From NCBI RefSeq assembly GCF_000743755.1, contig NW_014569462.1:1-35437 (forward strand): a stretch of DNA of 35,437 nucleotides, in the 5' to 3' direction. Shown here piece after piece: positions 11,433 to 23,097 of the stretch. The notes beneath the pieces were generated by a model. The model worked only from the letters and a program-made list of their open reading frames with translations, did no database searches and was not told the DNA's origin. Position 1 is the stretch's first letter, and each line of letters opens with the position of its first letter. The DNA comes from Blastocystis sp. subtype 4 (taxonomy: Eukaryota). A program made the translations under genes and the position numbers.

Positions 11433-14400
11433 ACTTGAGTCTATTTTGAGGTTGCTCTAAGTTGATAACTTTGGTTGGAGGAACGGTTGTAGCTTCCAAA
11501 ATGTCCATTACCTTCTCAAGCCATGGAATTCCGTCCACACGATACGATTCTCGATAATTTTCCATCTTTTCAGCAAGTTTTCTCAAGGAATCACATATTT
11601 CCTATAACTTACGACAATTATCAAAATTTACATCTACAGTTTGCAAGTACTTTATAGTGAGCTGTTTTGTTGCACTGATTCGTTCTTCAGAAGGAACATC
11701 TGGTATACTCATTTCCTTGGTAACTTCAGCTGCAATCAGAAATATACTAAGAATTTTCTATTAATTATACAACAGGTGATAAACATTACAGTCTCAATTC
11801 TTTCTAACTCTGCTAAATCTTCTTTAATAGTTGTAGAACGAATCTGAGGGGATTTCGATGCCATTCAATAGATTTTTCTAGTAATGATTAGATGAAACAA
11901 AGAATGTTTTATATCAATAAGACTGATTTGGATCCATCATAATTGCAGTCATTTCCAAAGCAGGCATGGTGACGACACCCTTTCCTTCCTTTTTCTCCAA
12001 ATTGATCAATTCCGTCATAAACTCGCTGAACGACGTATAGAGGTAATTCTGTACCTCAATCAACCCTTCCTCTCCTACCTGTTGATTCCGTTGGATTTCT
12101 TGACACTCTGGATCATTAATTTGATTTATGATGATGAGAAGATAACTATCCATTCGACTTGCTAAAACCAAATCATCAGCAAGTAATTCATCATCTAACG
12201 ACTGGTCAAAAATCATCTTATAATCTCCATTATTCACTTCTTTGGTCTGCTTTCGCTTCCAGCGAGTGTACATATTCGTAAAGCGATGAAGAGCTATGGA
12301 TTATGGTTCTAGTCGACCATTACATTTCTCAGAAACTCGATTCCCTCCACGGCCTTTCCAACCGTCTGAAATTGCTACGTCTTTCAATTTGCTAAATATA
12401 TCATCAGATTTCATGCACGGAAGCTGGTTACGAGGCGTTCGGAGTACCTTGTATAATAGAATGAGATGAAAGATTAGGCTAGATAATCATCGCCCCAATA
12501 AACCTTACCGAACCTTTGCATCCCAGTGACAGAACAGACGAATAAAATGGTTTCGGAATAGTCGTTCCGAAAATAACTAGTTCATCACATTCACGTTCTC
12601 CTTACTTCCACTCGTCTGGTTCCCGAAAAAACATCTGAATGATTGTAGAAGAAAAGCAATCCTCGTTTCAGTGTCTACATGTCATAATTCAACATTATCA
12701 CGACAAAGACATGTTCTTGTCGTAAAACACAATCTAATGCCGAAAACAAGGATGAATAAGGAAATGTAGGGGGAAGAATCACAATCGCATGATCATGTCG
12801 AGAGAATGAATCGCGGTAATTCGCGACCACTGTATATTTGTCTTGATTTCGAACCACAATCGAATTATCCAGTAATTCGTCAATAACGTAAGTAGCCTCA
12901 TTTTCATCACTCACAAATGGGAATTGCATTAACAGATGTTGCAACTCTTCTTCTGTCAAACAATCATGATTTCGCTTCAATTCATTCAGTATGACATTCA
13001 AGGAATCACTTTTCAAACGTTCGTTCTTCAGGGCTGTCAACCATACATCCAACGTTCGAAAACCTGTATATGAATAGTAATCAACACCCATACAAAACAT
13101 CACATCACTATACACAAACACGTTACATTTATTAAACACCATTTCAATGAAACCCCCAATCAACCATTCTTCTCGTAATATATAGGAACACAACTTGTTT
13201 GCTGCTGTTGACATTTCTGTAGCCTGAGGTTTTCCTTGCCGTTGAACCAAACTAATATTATACTGAAGGAGAATCGATTTCTGGACTAAAGGAAGAAGGG
13301 TTCGAAGAAAGAGAAAATAACCCGGGAAAAGGGAATAATGATAATCTATGAAGTTATTTGGAATTCCAAAAACAACGAGAATTTGTATATGATTGATAAT
13401 CATCAATGATCTCAAACCAGGATCGGATATAATTCAATGCAAAGCCATCACAAATATGAAATCTTGGGATCACTCCCCTTCAATATACTCACCTCTCTCT
13501 CCACCACTCACAGTCACTTAGTCCTTCCACAGTCTCTTCTCCCATTACATCACTCCACTGAAAGAGAGTGGGAAGGGCTCTTACAGCTTCTGAATACTCC
13601 TCCTTCACTCCCTCTTCTCGAATACGTCGTACACACATTCCATCACTAATCCTTGTATAATCCTTCACTCGCACTGTCGAGGTCATCATCTCCAACTTCA
13701 TTACATCTGAACACAAGTCATCCTTTGCATCTGGAGGAGGAGATAACTTTGAGGGGATAGGACTGAATTCAGACTTCCGAATCTGAGGTGCAGGAGAGGG
13801 TGTCGGTGTCGCTGAGGAAGGAATTACGATCTCTTGAGATACATCTAGATCGTAAGTTGAATTCACAGGGAACTCCCATTCATCCTCCTCCGTTTGACGG
13901 AATATCTCCGATTCGGAAGCCATACTCAATGATCCCTGAGATCGAGTACTCAGCGTCAGTGGCTGGGGTGAAGGATTTGGGAGCTCCATCAGTGACTGAC
14001 TACGATGAATCGGACTCTCAGTGTTCCCAAGAGAGGTCACAACAGGTTTACGGAAATCAGCAAAGATGTCTTGTGTCAGATCAGGCACCTTGATGGAGGA
14101 GGATGGGTAGAGTTTCACCATCCCTCCAAAGAGGCAACGACGAACCGAAGGAAGCAACAAACTCGCAATAGAAAGCACTTTGGAAGCAAACAATACAGGA
14201 ACAGCAGAAGTGGATTCATGAAGAATAGACTCACAACTTACGCACGTTGTAGCCAGAAGGGATGAAAAGCGTTTCATTAAAGAATAACGACTGGGGCTGA
14301 TCGTACGTGTTAACGATGAGTACCCATTCTCTTCCTAGAGTCATATGACAAAAGCACGTTTACAAGTAAAAACTCCCTTCGACAAATGATCTTTGTGATT

Positions 14401-14753
14401 ATTCTGTAGATAATATATCGATCACGAGTGCGCAACTAGAGATCACACAACCATTCATTCTAATCACAGATTTCATTCCGTCTAGAAGTACTTCCCACGT
14501 CCCTAGAAGATATTTCATACCCAATATACGGTTCTGTTCAGACTCATATTCTAGCCATCATAATAAACAAAATGAATCTACTGAATATCGGGATTGTGAA
14601 CAGATCTTCCATCTTTTCCAATAATGCAATTCTCTCGATCACCGTAGTTGGACACTCCACGAGTTTGTGAAATTGTTTAATAACGGATTTAGAGAATTTG
14701 GTTTCAACCGATTTTCCCATTGTACTCCGTCTACAAGTCATCCTTCCAGTCAA
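11433..14753 (-). CDS. Large hypothetical protein with DUF1765-like C-terminal region; 5' end unresolved
   Basis: Successive minus-strand ORFs joined by short introns. The segment HFIRLFCHWDAKVRLIFHLILLYKV (~12440-12550) resembles the DUF1765-family LFCHW..VR motif. Ends NRLK + T(11433). Confidence 0.55.
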
Positions 14754-15340
14754 TTCGTCTACATAACAACTATTATATCAAATCACTTTGAATTCCGTTT
14801 TTCTCTCAAATGTGATAAGAACAACAAAAACCAATTGCTTGGCGTAGACCTTGTAGGTTATCAAGAACTGATAATATCTGCTAGAAAAGAGGCATCCCCG
14901 TGATTCTCATCAAATTGAATCTTAAGTGGATTCTAAGTGAATCTTTCAGTATCTGAGTTATAAGGATGCCAAATTGGACTCAAAAAATCGTATTGTGTCA
15001 GATCAATTAGTGTTAAGCATATTTCTCAGATTCATTAGTATTCACGGATCCCTATACGACATTCGTTGTCATATATTATGGAAAGAAGAAATTCATGTTC
15101 GATCCTTTCAAAACGAAAGATTTTGATTTGACAAGATGACAAGTCGTTAAGTTATTCCTGGAATTCAAGTGCGGAAGCAATATGCTGCAGGATTCTTGTA
15201 TCCATCGATGTATTGGGATCATCCTTGCACTTCTCCTTAACGTTCTTATTCTTTTCGTTTATTCATCCGTCTCTTATGCGTTATCAGTGGCTTTATATTC
15301 TCCTGTAAAGTATTACTCAATTTCTTGTTACAAACACAGA

Positions 15341-16812
15341 AACTATACATATGATATTTATTATGATTGACTGTATTTGCCATATCAACCATATACATCC
15401 ATAACGTGATTGGAGGGATGATAACCTCTTGTTGAAGAATTGCTTCTTTGCATCGTTTATCAATTCCATTCTCCTCACTAAATCTATCACATTCTATTGG
15501 AAGTGGAATTGCTGATGTAAAGTTGTGATGGGCTTGGTAATACAAATCGGACTGAATAGAAAGTCTTTGATAGTAATAATTGCGATAATTCACTGGTTGG
15601 ATTTCTACAACACCCGATTTTGGCATCAGGAATAGAGACAACAATAAATGGCTCCCAGAAGCAGCTAACACGATATCAACCGACATCATATATTTTACAA
15701 GTCCTTTCCAATTCATAGATGTGATATCTCTTCGTGTTACTTCAATCAACCCCTATCTCTCAAGCTATCCATCGATTCTCACATGTAGTTGTCGTTCAAT
15801 GTATCCAATTGCATCTGAATTAATTAACACCTTCTTATCCTCCTTGAAGAGCTGAGTCAAATACAAAACAATAGAATTGCTTCTTCGTTTTCCTTCTGAA
15901 GGAGTAAGTCCAAAGTACTTGTAAACATGAGACTTAAACATAATGGAATCAAATCGGCTGTCAAACAATCCTCCTTCGCCTGTTACTCGATGTTGGCCTA
16001 TGACTCCCTATTCCTTATGAATGAACCTGATTCATACAAGGGAACTAAAACACACTAATTCAGCGTTTCGATCGCTAATCACCTGGAATCGGAGTGATGA
16101 CGATTCGCGGTGAAAGAACTGAAGGAGTGTTTTTATTGTTGCATTTCCAATTTCCGGAGTATGAATGATCAACACTTCTTCAATCTAGCGATAATGACGA
16201 AATATCATGGATACAGGAGGATATAAATCTGGGTGTTGGATAATACTAAAAACAGAAGCAATATTCTGAGCAACACTCTCTAAATCACCTGACAGAGGAA
16301 GCAACCAAGGAATAGAATCATTGTAAGTGACAAATGGATGTGTCAACAAATTAGCAAGAGTCATTGAATTGATTTGGAATGAATACCGAGTCTCTACAAA
16401 TCAAGATCAGAGCCAATGACCCACTGAGGAATTGTACCTTTGCAATATCATTCGAATCAATCAAAATCAGTTGGTTCTTGTTATGATGAAGACAAGTATT
16501 CCTCAAGAATGTCCATTCTCTTCCTTCTAAAGAATAATGGAAAACAGATGACGAAGAATTAATAAAACTTGGAAACTCAGGAATAGGTGGCCATAGATGA
16601 GATGACGTCAATGATGAAACACAGGATCGATAGAGTTGTTCTTCCTTTTCTCTGAAAATAATATTCGAACTCCATTCGTTACAAATTAATGTTTCTTATA
16701 TCCAATTCTTTCGGCTGACAATGGAACGAAGAGACGGGAGAAAATATACCCATTTCAATTGTACTAGCATGTCCAAGTTCGTGATAGGATGCATCCTCTT
16801 GTTCATCTCCAT
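15341..16812 (-). CDS. Glycosyltransferase family 61 (EOGT/DUF563-like)
   Basis: C-terminal motif MMSVDIVLAASGSHLLLSLFLMPKSGVVEIQP. Multi-exon. Ends HMYS + T(15341) before TGTTTGTA. Confidence 0.7.
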
Positions 16813-17017
16813 TTTCCACATACTGGATTGTATCATAATATCTCCTATTTGAATCAATTAATTAACATTATTGTACTCGAAATGATTCATTTCCTTCCAC
16901 ATCCACAGAATGAAGCAACCTAGACCAAGCAAACATCCCAAACAGAATGAAAACGTGTGTTTAGAGAGCTTCATACTAGTTTGGGAGTACTTTTGTCTTC
17001 CTGATAACAAACACACG

Positions 17018-18983
17018 ATAATTCTTCTTCATCCAAATAGGCTTCACTAGATTGGAAAACTAATTGATCCTTATCCACTTGAATTTCTTGTTCCTTCATT
17101 GTATCTTCCTCTTTCACTCTCCGTAACAAGTAATAGGGATTGTACTTTAAGCGTTTTTCATAATCATCAATAGACACATAGAAACTGCGGTAGGGAAAGG
17201 CAGTATGTGTAGAATCCAAAAATGGGAGAGATAAAACCATTCGGAAATGAGAGTCCTCCAGGTAATTAGGCTCAACTTGTTTAGGTAATTTCTGATCAAT
17301 CAGATAATCACAATCCGATTCTGGGACATAGCGAGATAAATCTTCCTGATTCAGATTATTCATGTGTTCAGGAATCGTCCAGGTTCCATTTCCTTCAGCG
17401 AATGGCTAAAGAATCAACAAAGAAGAAAAGATCAACCTGAGGAAGCAGACCATCAAAACCACTCTTAATGAACACTAGATGTTGATGCTTAGATGGAATA
17501 AAGAATGAGGAACCGAATCGATACCACTCTTTACCAACACAAATCTTAACATCCTTGGTTGAATTCATTCCCAATTCTTTGGAGTATAAATGATTATATA
17601 ATGTTAGTGGAGCGCTGTAATTATGAATAGATGAAGCAATTCGTGCTCCAGAGATACATCCGTAGGGAATTAGAATTATGAAGAGAAATGCCACTGGAAT
17701 TGCACTACAGATGATTTTGAATGAAATAAGATACTGGCCTGAGGACGGAGAGATATGGGCTTGCATGAAGAGAAGCAAACTCTAGATTTGAATGATTTGC
17801 TCTCAATAAGTACTGATAAAGTAATCGAAGCAGCCAAATAGATCAAAGGATATGTGATGTACAAGAATCGCTCCTCCTATTTTGACAAAGCAAAGATAGA
17901 ACCTACTTTATGTGCCTGCAAACAGAAAATACCCAATAAGACATATCCGCTACAGACAAAGAGAAGAATCTGTTTTCGACTCCACTTAGACTGGAATAAA
18001 AGAATCTACACTAAGACGAGAGAAACTGAATATACAATAGGTAACAGGAATGCTAGAGGGAAGATCATCGAATTGTTGAGAATACCATTCACAAGATAGA
18101 AGTACCATGGTTCAGTTCCATACAACTAGAGTAAATCAAAACAATCGAGGTTACTTCGGGACCACCTCCAATTCCAAGAACATTGTACAAAACAATGTTG
18201 ATTGCTGGAATTACAAAACGGTGAGTGAAATGATAATTGATTAATAGGTCCAGACCAAGAATGATTATCACAATCACCACACCATAGAGAATTGTCCTAA
18301 GGAGTCCTTTTTTCATCAGACAATGAATTCCCATTGGAATAAACACAACACCCACAAATGGCCAATCATAGACTACAGCACCGGCTCCAATCAATAGTGC
18401 AAGGAAGTGATTGTCGTAGGCCATCCATATTCCATACGAAAGAAACACAGACATCATGGCCAAGGAAGCATTGACAAAACTGGTACTTGCGGTGTACATT
18501 CCTGAAGAGAATAATAATAACAACCATAAAACGATTGATACAGCATGTGAAAAGACTTTTCGAGTGCCAATAATGAACACTGTTTCACATAAGGAGCAAA
18601 TGAAGGCCAAGAGAATACGGATTGAATAGAATACCATTACTTTGTTGCCGCCGAAGAGCTGAAACATCGCTTTTGCAAACATAGCAAATGGTACCAGAAT
18701 GGTGTAGGATCTTAACCCATATTCCACACTAAGCATAAATTGATAATAGAACACGATTTACCTGTATTCCCAGGTTTGTAAACCAAAGTCAAAAGCAAGG
18801 TAATGTGTTGGTTCCCAAAAATTGAATGTATCGTCAGCATCCGGAATTACATTGTATATCGCGCTGAATGTCCGCACCTGGCATGATCACTTCCGCACAT
18901 CGATAACATACTGTAAACAGTGTAAGAAACATTACAATGTCCTGAAACTTACACTTCTCACGCGACTCCTCTTTCTCACTCAT
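17018..18983 (-). CDS. ALG9: Alpha-1,2-mannosyltransferase ALG9 (GT22)
   Basis: IPDADDTFNFWEPTHYL, GLQTWEYSVEYGLRSY, CVGKEWYRFGSSFFIP, SGFDGLLP and MNNLNQED..RYV...CDYLID. ATG at 18983. Predicted end LDEEEL + T(17018). Confidence 0.93.
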
Positions 18984-19086
18984 AATCACTGACTTATTGT
19001 ATGGGTAATGTTAATGATTCTAAAACAAACATATCAACTATATGGTGTAAAGAATCCCCAAACCCATTCCAACCTCGTAACCTTTC

Positions 19087-19353
19087 TTACTTGCTCAAGG
19101 CCTTCGAAACCTCTTGCATTGTATCAATGTATCGATCCACGCAGTTTCCGAGACAAGTCTTATCCTTGTTGCTAAGAGAAGCGCCAGGGCTCGTGAGACA
19201 AATGTTGAAACACTTTTCCTGCACAGACTACGAAATATGACTCATTCACACCATATCCCAAACCTTCATGATTTCCTGCATGTGTCCCTGATTGAGCTCA
19301 TTACGGACGTTCTGGAGGGCTTGCTGCAATTCTTCAGGAGAGTACTCAGACAT
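19087..19353 (-). CDS. TIM13: Small TIM chaperone (Tim13/Tim8 family, twin CX3C)
   Basis: With intron 19228-19263 removed it reads MSEYSPEELQQALQNVRNELNQGHMQEIMKSVQEKCFNICLTSPGASLSNKDKTCLGNCVDRYIDTMQEVSKALSK*. Poly(A) element at 19024-19031. Absent from the ORF track. Confidence 0.88.
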
Positions 19354-19542
19354 TAGTTCTTCTGTGGTTGATTCTATCTCTTTGGAGAAGGAAACGATGA
19401 ACAGTGGTTCCTTTGATTATCAATATTTAGTAAGAAATCACTGTCAATCAGAATAATACTAATTTGATTGCGTAGTAATGTCTGTTGTTTTGCCGAAGTA
19501 GATAATAAGCTGATATGAATTAATTGTAGATACTTAGAGGAG

Positions 19543-21066
19543 ATGTTAAAAGTGCTGCCTAATCCAACCAGTGTATGGAAGTATATGTTGGCAGTTACTC
19601 AAATTCCTCGTGGTTCTAATGGTGATAATGAATGTTTTCGCCATAAGAAGATCTTAGGCTTTCTGAAGGAGCAAGCAGAGAAGCTTCATTGTGATACCTA
19701 TGTGGATAAGGGCGAGAATTTGATCATCCGAAAACCTGCATATCCTGGTAGACGATGGGTCGTGGAGTGATTACTAGGACTGGAAACAAAGCCAACTGTT
19801 TGTCTTCAGTGTCATATGGATATGGTTGTTCAGAAGGATGATAGTGTGGATATCAACTTGGATACTGATCCCTTAACTCCTCGTATTGTCGATGGTTATC
19901 TGCGTGCTACGGGTACTTCTCTTGGTGCAGATAATGGAATTGGTATTGCTGCTTGCTTTGCTATTCTTGAGGACAAATCAATCAAGCATGGTCCTCTGGA
20001 GGTTCTGGTGACTCGTGATGAAGAAACAGGTATGTTTGGAGCTACAGATCTTGAGGCAAATGTACTGAAAGCCAAATATATGATCAATGTGGACTCTGAA
20101 GCCGAGAATGCAATTTGTATTGGATGTGCTGGAGGTTTTACTGTGACTATGACTCTGAAACTCCCTCGCATTGAAAAGAACAATATGAAACGCCTTTCTC
20201 TCATCCTGAATAACTTCTGTGGAGGTCATTCAGGATGTGATATTAACCTGGGTCGTGCGAATCCTCTTCATGTCTTGGGTCGTCTGCTCTGTTCCAGTAA
20301 CACAAACTATTCATTGTTGGATATTGACTGTGGTACTGCTGACAATGCAATTCCTCGCAAATGTGTCGTGGAGATGGCTATTCCTGAAGACGAAGAGTCA
20401 GTCTTTATCGAGGATCTGAAAAAGGAATTCCAGAATTTCCAGAAGGAATATCATTTGATTGAAAAGACTGCAACTTTTGAGATAGTCCCTTCTTCTTCTC
20501 AATCTGTCCCTGTGACACGAGAGGCAACTCAGCAGTTCGTGAACTTCCTTGAAATCTGCCCTTTTGCTGTTCAGCGTTATTCGCCTGTGGATCAGAGTGA
20601 AGTGGAATCATCAATGACGTGTGCCATTGCAGTGAGCAATCAGGAATGTGTTCAGTTCACCACATCGGTTCGCTCTTCATCCAATACACAGATGGATATG
20701 ATGTATAACAAGCTGAAATGTGTTTGCTCGATGGCTGGATTGACACTATCTGAGAAGAAGGCTCCGTAAGATTAACTTCAATTGATAATCTCTAGGTATC
20801 CTGGATGGGAACCCAAACCTGATTCACCCTTGACACAGTCATTAGTAAAGGCATATGAACAGACTGTAGGAATCACTCCTCGTGTGTATTCCATTCATGC
20901 TGGATTGGAATGCGGATTGTTTATGGAGAAGTATCCAGATTTAGATTGTAGTTCGATTGGACCTGAACTTAACAATCCTCATTCTCCTGATGAGCGTTTG
21001 CTCATTTCTTCAGTTGCTCCATTCTATAGTGTCTTGACTACTGCATTGGAGAATTTGGCCAAGTGA
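19543..21066 (+). CDS. pepD: Aminoacyl-histidine dipeptidase (peptidase M20C)
   Basis: LQCHMDMV, GTSLGADNGIG, DEETGMFGA, INVDSE, GGHSGCDI, IHAGLECG and HSPDERL. Introns 19748-19777 and 20766-20795. Confidence 0.93.
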
Positions 21067-21093
21067 TATGTTTGTTGTATCATTCTTTCTTCC

Positions 21094-21511
21094 ATGGCCA
21101 CGGTCTATCCGTCATTTGTTTGTAATAATTCTTATACATAGGAAGATCTACCGATTTTCGAATCTGGGAACGTCACTTATCCAATCCTTGGATAGTCTTG
21201 TGGAGGAAGGGAAATTGACGGGTCAGCAACGAGAGGCAGTGTTAAAGCAGTATGATAAAGTGAGAAATGTATTTATTATGTTATATAGGAGATGTACTGT
21301 GAGATGGAACGAAGGAAGAATAAACTTCCGAAGGCGAAATTGACAGTACAGTTGACTGGATTGTCTAATTGATAGGGTGATTTGCTGTCATATAAGCGTT
21401 TGTATGATACTTGGACTTTTCTACTTAATAATTGGCTGTTATGTATTGATGATGAACAAAATCTCATGGATGTACAAGCCAAATTCTTCTCTATGATAGC
21501 TGTCAAAATGT
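21094..21511 (+). CDS. GTF2A2: Transcription initiation factor IIA gamma (small) subunit
   Basis: Introns 21111-21141, 21260-21288 and 21346-21375 give MATVYPKIYRFSNLGTSLIQSLDSLVEEGKLT...VLKQYDK...GDLLSYKRLYDTWTFLL...MIAVKM + T(21511). Confidence 0.88.
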
Positions 21512-21536
21512 CATGTGTTTGTTGTCTTGAAACAGT

Positions 21537-22436
21537 TCAGTGTCTACTATGATAATGATGTCGATGTCGACTGTGACCATGACTGCGACTGCGACTACGA
21601 CTACGATGGTGATGTGTATCTTCTTTGGGAACAGTAATGAATCCAGCGTCATCATCACTCACGTTTCCCTGAATCTGATCTTCTTTAGGAGCCATGATGA
21701 AACCATCAAACTCATCCTCCTCATCTTGTGGATCTGTCGTATTCACCGAACTTTCATTCGCAGTACTTACACGGTTATCCACAGGAGGCACTTCCTTCTC
21801 GTCAGATTTCTCTTCGTTAGCTTGAACATCGATCATATGGGCCAGGAAGGATGACTTGCTTGATCGACTATTGACTTCACGCTGTCGAACCTCGTCCAAA
21901 TACTTTCGATCGGCTTCTAGCTTCCGTTTGTAAGCTGCAGTCACGAACTTCTCCTTTCCCTCATATAATGCATCATCCTTTTGCCGTTCCTTTAATAGAG
22001 TTCTAGAGATCATTGCAATTCAAATCACACACCGTTCTCGAATGATTTCCATCTCTCGCTTCCGTTCCTCGGCTCTTTGTTTTAGTGTGGCTATATATCT
22101 GCTCTACATGTCGAATATTAACATTCTCCTACTGGTTGCTTTACTTTCTTCTCCTTCTTTGCCATTTCCTCTTCCTTTTTTTCCTTCTCGTCTAGAAATC
22201 CATCAAAATCATATATGTTTCCAAGTTCCTCTTCTTCTGGGTCCTTCTCAGCAAACTACTCATCAATCCAAATATAAAGGCATTGATACAGTTGATTCAA
22301 GTCCATAATTCAAGTCATTCACAATCTGTTGTCGCTGAAGTCGTTCCCGAGTAGACTCCACTTCACCGCTAAACAGTGATTTCAAAGCACCTTCCTGCTT
22401 TTCTAACTTATTGGGGATGAGTTGTTTCGAATTCAT
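21537..22436 (-). CDS. NSRP1: Nuclear speckle splicing regulatory protein 1 / CCDC55 (DUF2040)-like
   Basis: Motif KEKFVTAAYKRKL and a C-terminal RS/His-rich tail. Multi-exon. Start tentatively at ATG 22436. Confidence 0.75.
21550..21616 (-). repeat. Low-complexity coding repeat encoding the HHHRSRSRSRSHGHSRHRHH tail
   Basis: Tandem GCGACT/ACGACT hexamers on the + strand correspond to Arg-Ser codons on the - strand. Confidence 0.7.
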
Positions 22437-22474
22437 GAAACAAACAACCAATAAAGCACCCTTATGACATCAAC

Positions 22475-23030
22475 TTAGTTCTTGAACTCGAACTTGATGG
22501 TCTTGCTAGTAAGCTTCTTGTAGATAGTAGAGAGAGCGTCCAGCTTGTTCTCCACTTCCTGCTGTCCCTGACTTCCCAAGAACACCTTGATGTAGTTTCC
22601 GTCAGTGCAAGAGATGTGAGTGTGCTTTCCAACACATTCGCAAGGATACACCAGATCATCGATGATGGCCTCATGCACAGCAGTCAAAGTGTAAGCATGA
22701 GGACGCACACCGTTGAACTTATGAGCACGACGGTAGCTCTTTCCAAGGATGGTTCTCTGAGCAATGAACACCACAGGACGACCCTCGAACTTCTTCTCCA
22801 ACTCGGTAGTCAAACGAGACTGGATCATACGGAAAGCCTTGAACAGCTTGTAGGGAACGAACACAATGATAGCCTTCTTGTCTCCCTCAATCTCCACCTC
22901 CTTAGCAGCAGTCATCTTGAACGTCTTCAGAGGCTCAGCAAGATCCTTGGTCTTCTTGGCAATCTCAGCAATCTCGTTGGCAATCGAAATCGTTGGCCTT
23001 GACGCCTTCAGGCTTAGCAATCATCTCCAT
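22475..23030 (-). CDS. RPS7: 40S ribosomal protein S7 (eS7), with an apparent frameshift near codon 16
   Basis: TAAKEVEIEGDKKAIIVFVP, ELEKKF and VVFIAQRTIL. The N-terminal MEMIAKPEGVKANDF from ATG 23030 is in a different frame from the rest. Confidence 0.92.
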
Positions 23031-23033
23031 GGT

Positions 23034-23097
23034 CTAGTCCACCGTTAGTCCAAATTCATTTACAAATAATCCCAATTTAACTTCTGCAACTACTTAC
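23034..23097 (-). other. Predicted 64-nt 5'UTR intron of RPS7
   Basis: GTAAGT donor, GACTAAC branch point and CTAG acceptor 3 nt before the ATG. Confidence 0.75.

Noticed and set aside
818..18983. Four glycosyltransferases as a biosynthetic cluster
   Set aside because: They are interspersed with unrelated housekeeping genes and belong to different pathways. The sequence gives no evidence of co-regulation.
19001..19356. Two plus-strand ORFs
   Set aside because: The real gene is Tim13 on the minus strand.
21540..21854. Met/Thr-rich plus ORF
   Set aside because: It is antisense to the His/Arg/Ser tail of NSRP1.
22973..23003. 31-nt GT...AG segment in RPS7 whose removal would restore the frame
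   Set aside because: It is GC-rich, has an atypical GAG acceptor and would delete conserved residues. It is not accepted without spliced reads.
22616..23048. Plus-strand ORFs over RPS7 and the TTG start at 23020
   Set aside because: These are antisense shadows from codon bias. TTG/GTG starts in the track are not expected for a eukaryote.
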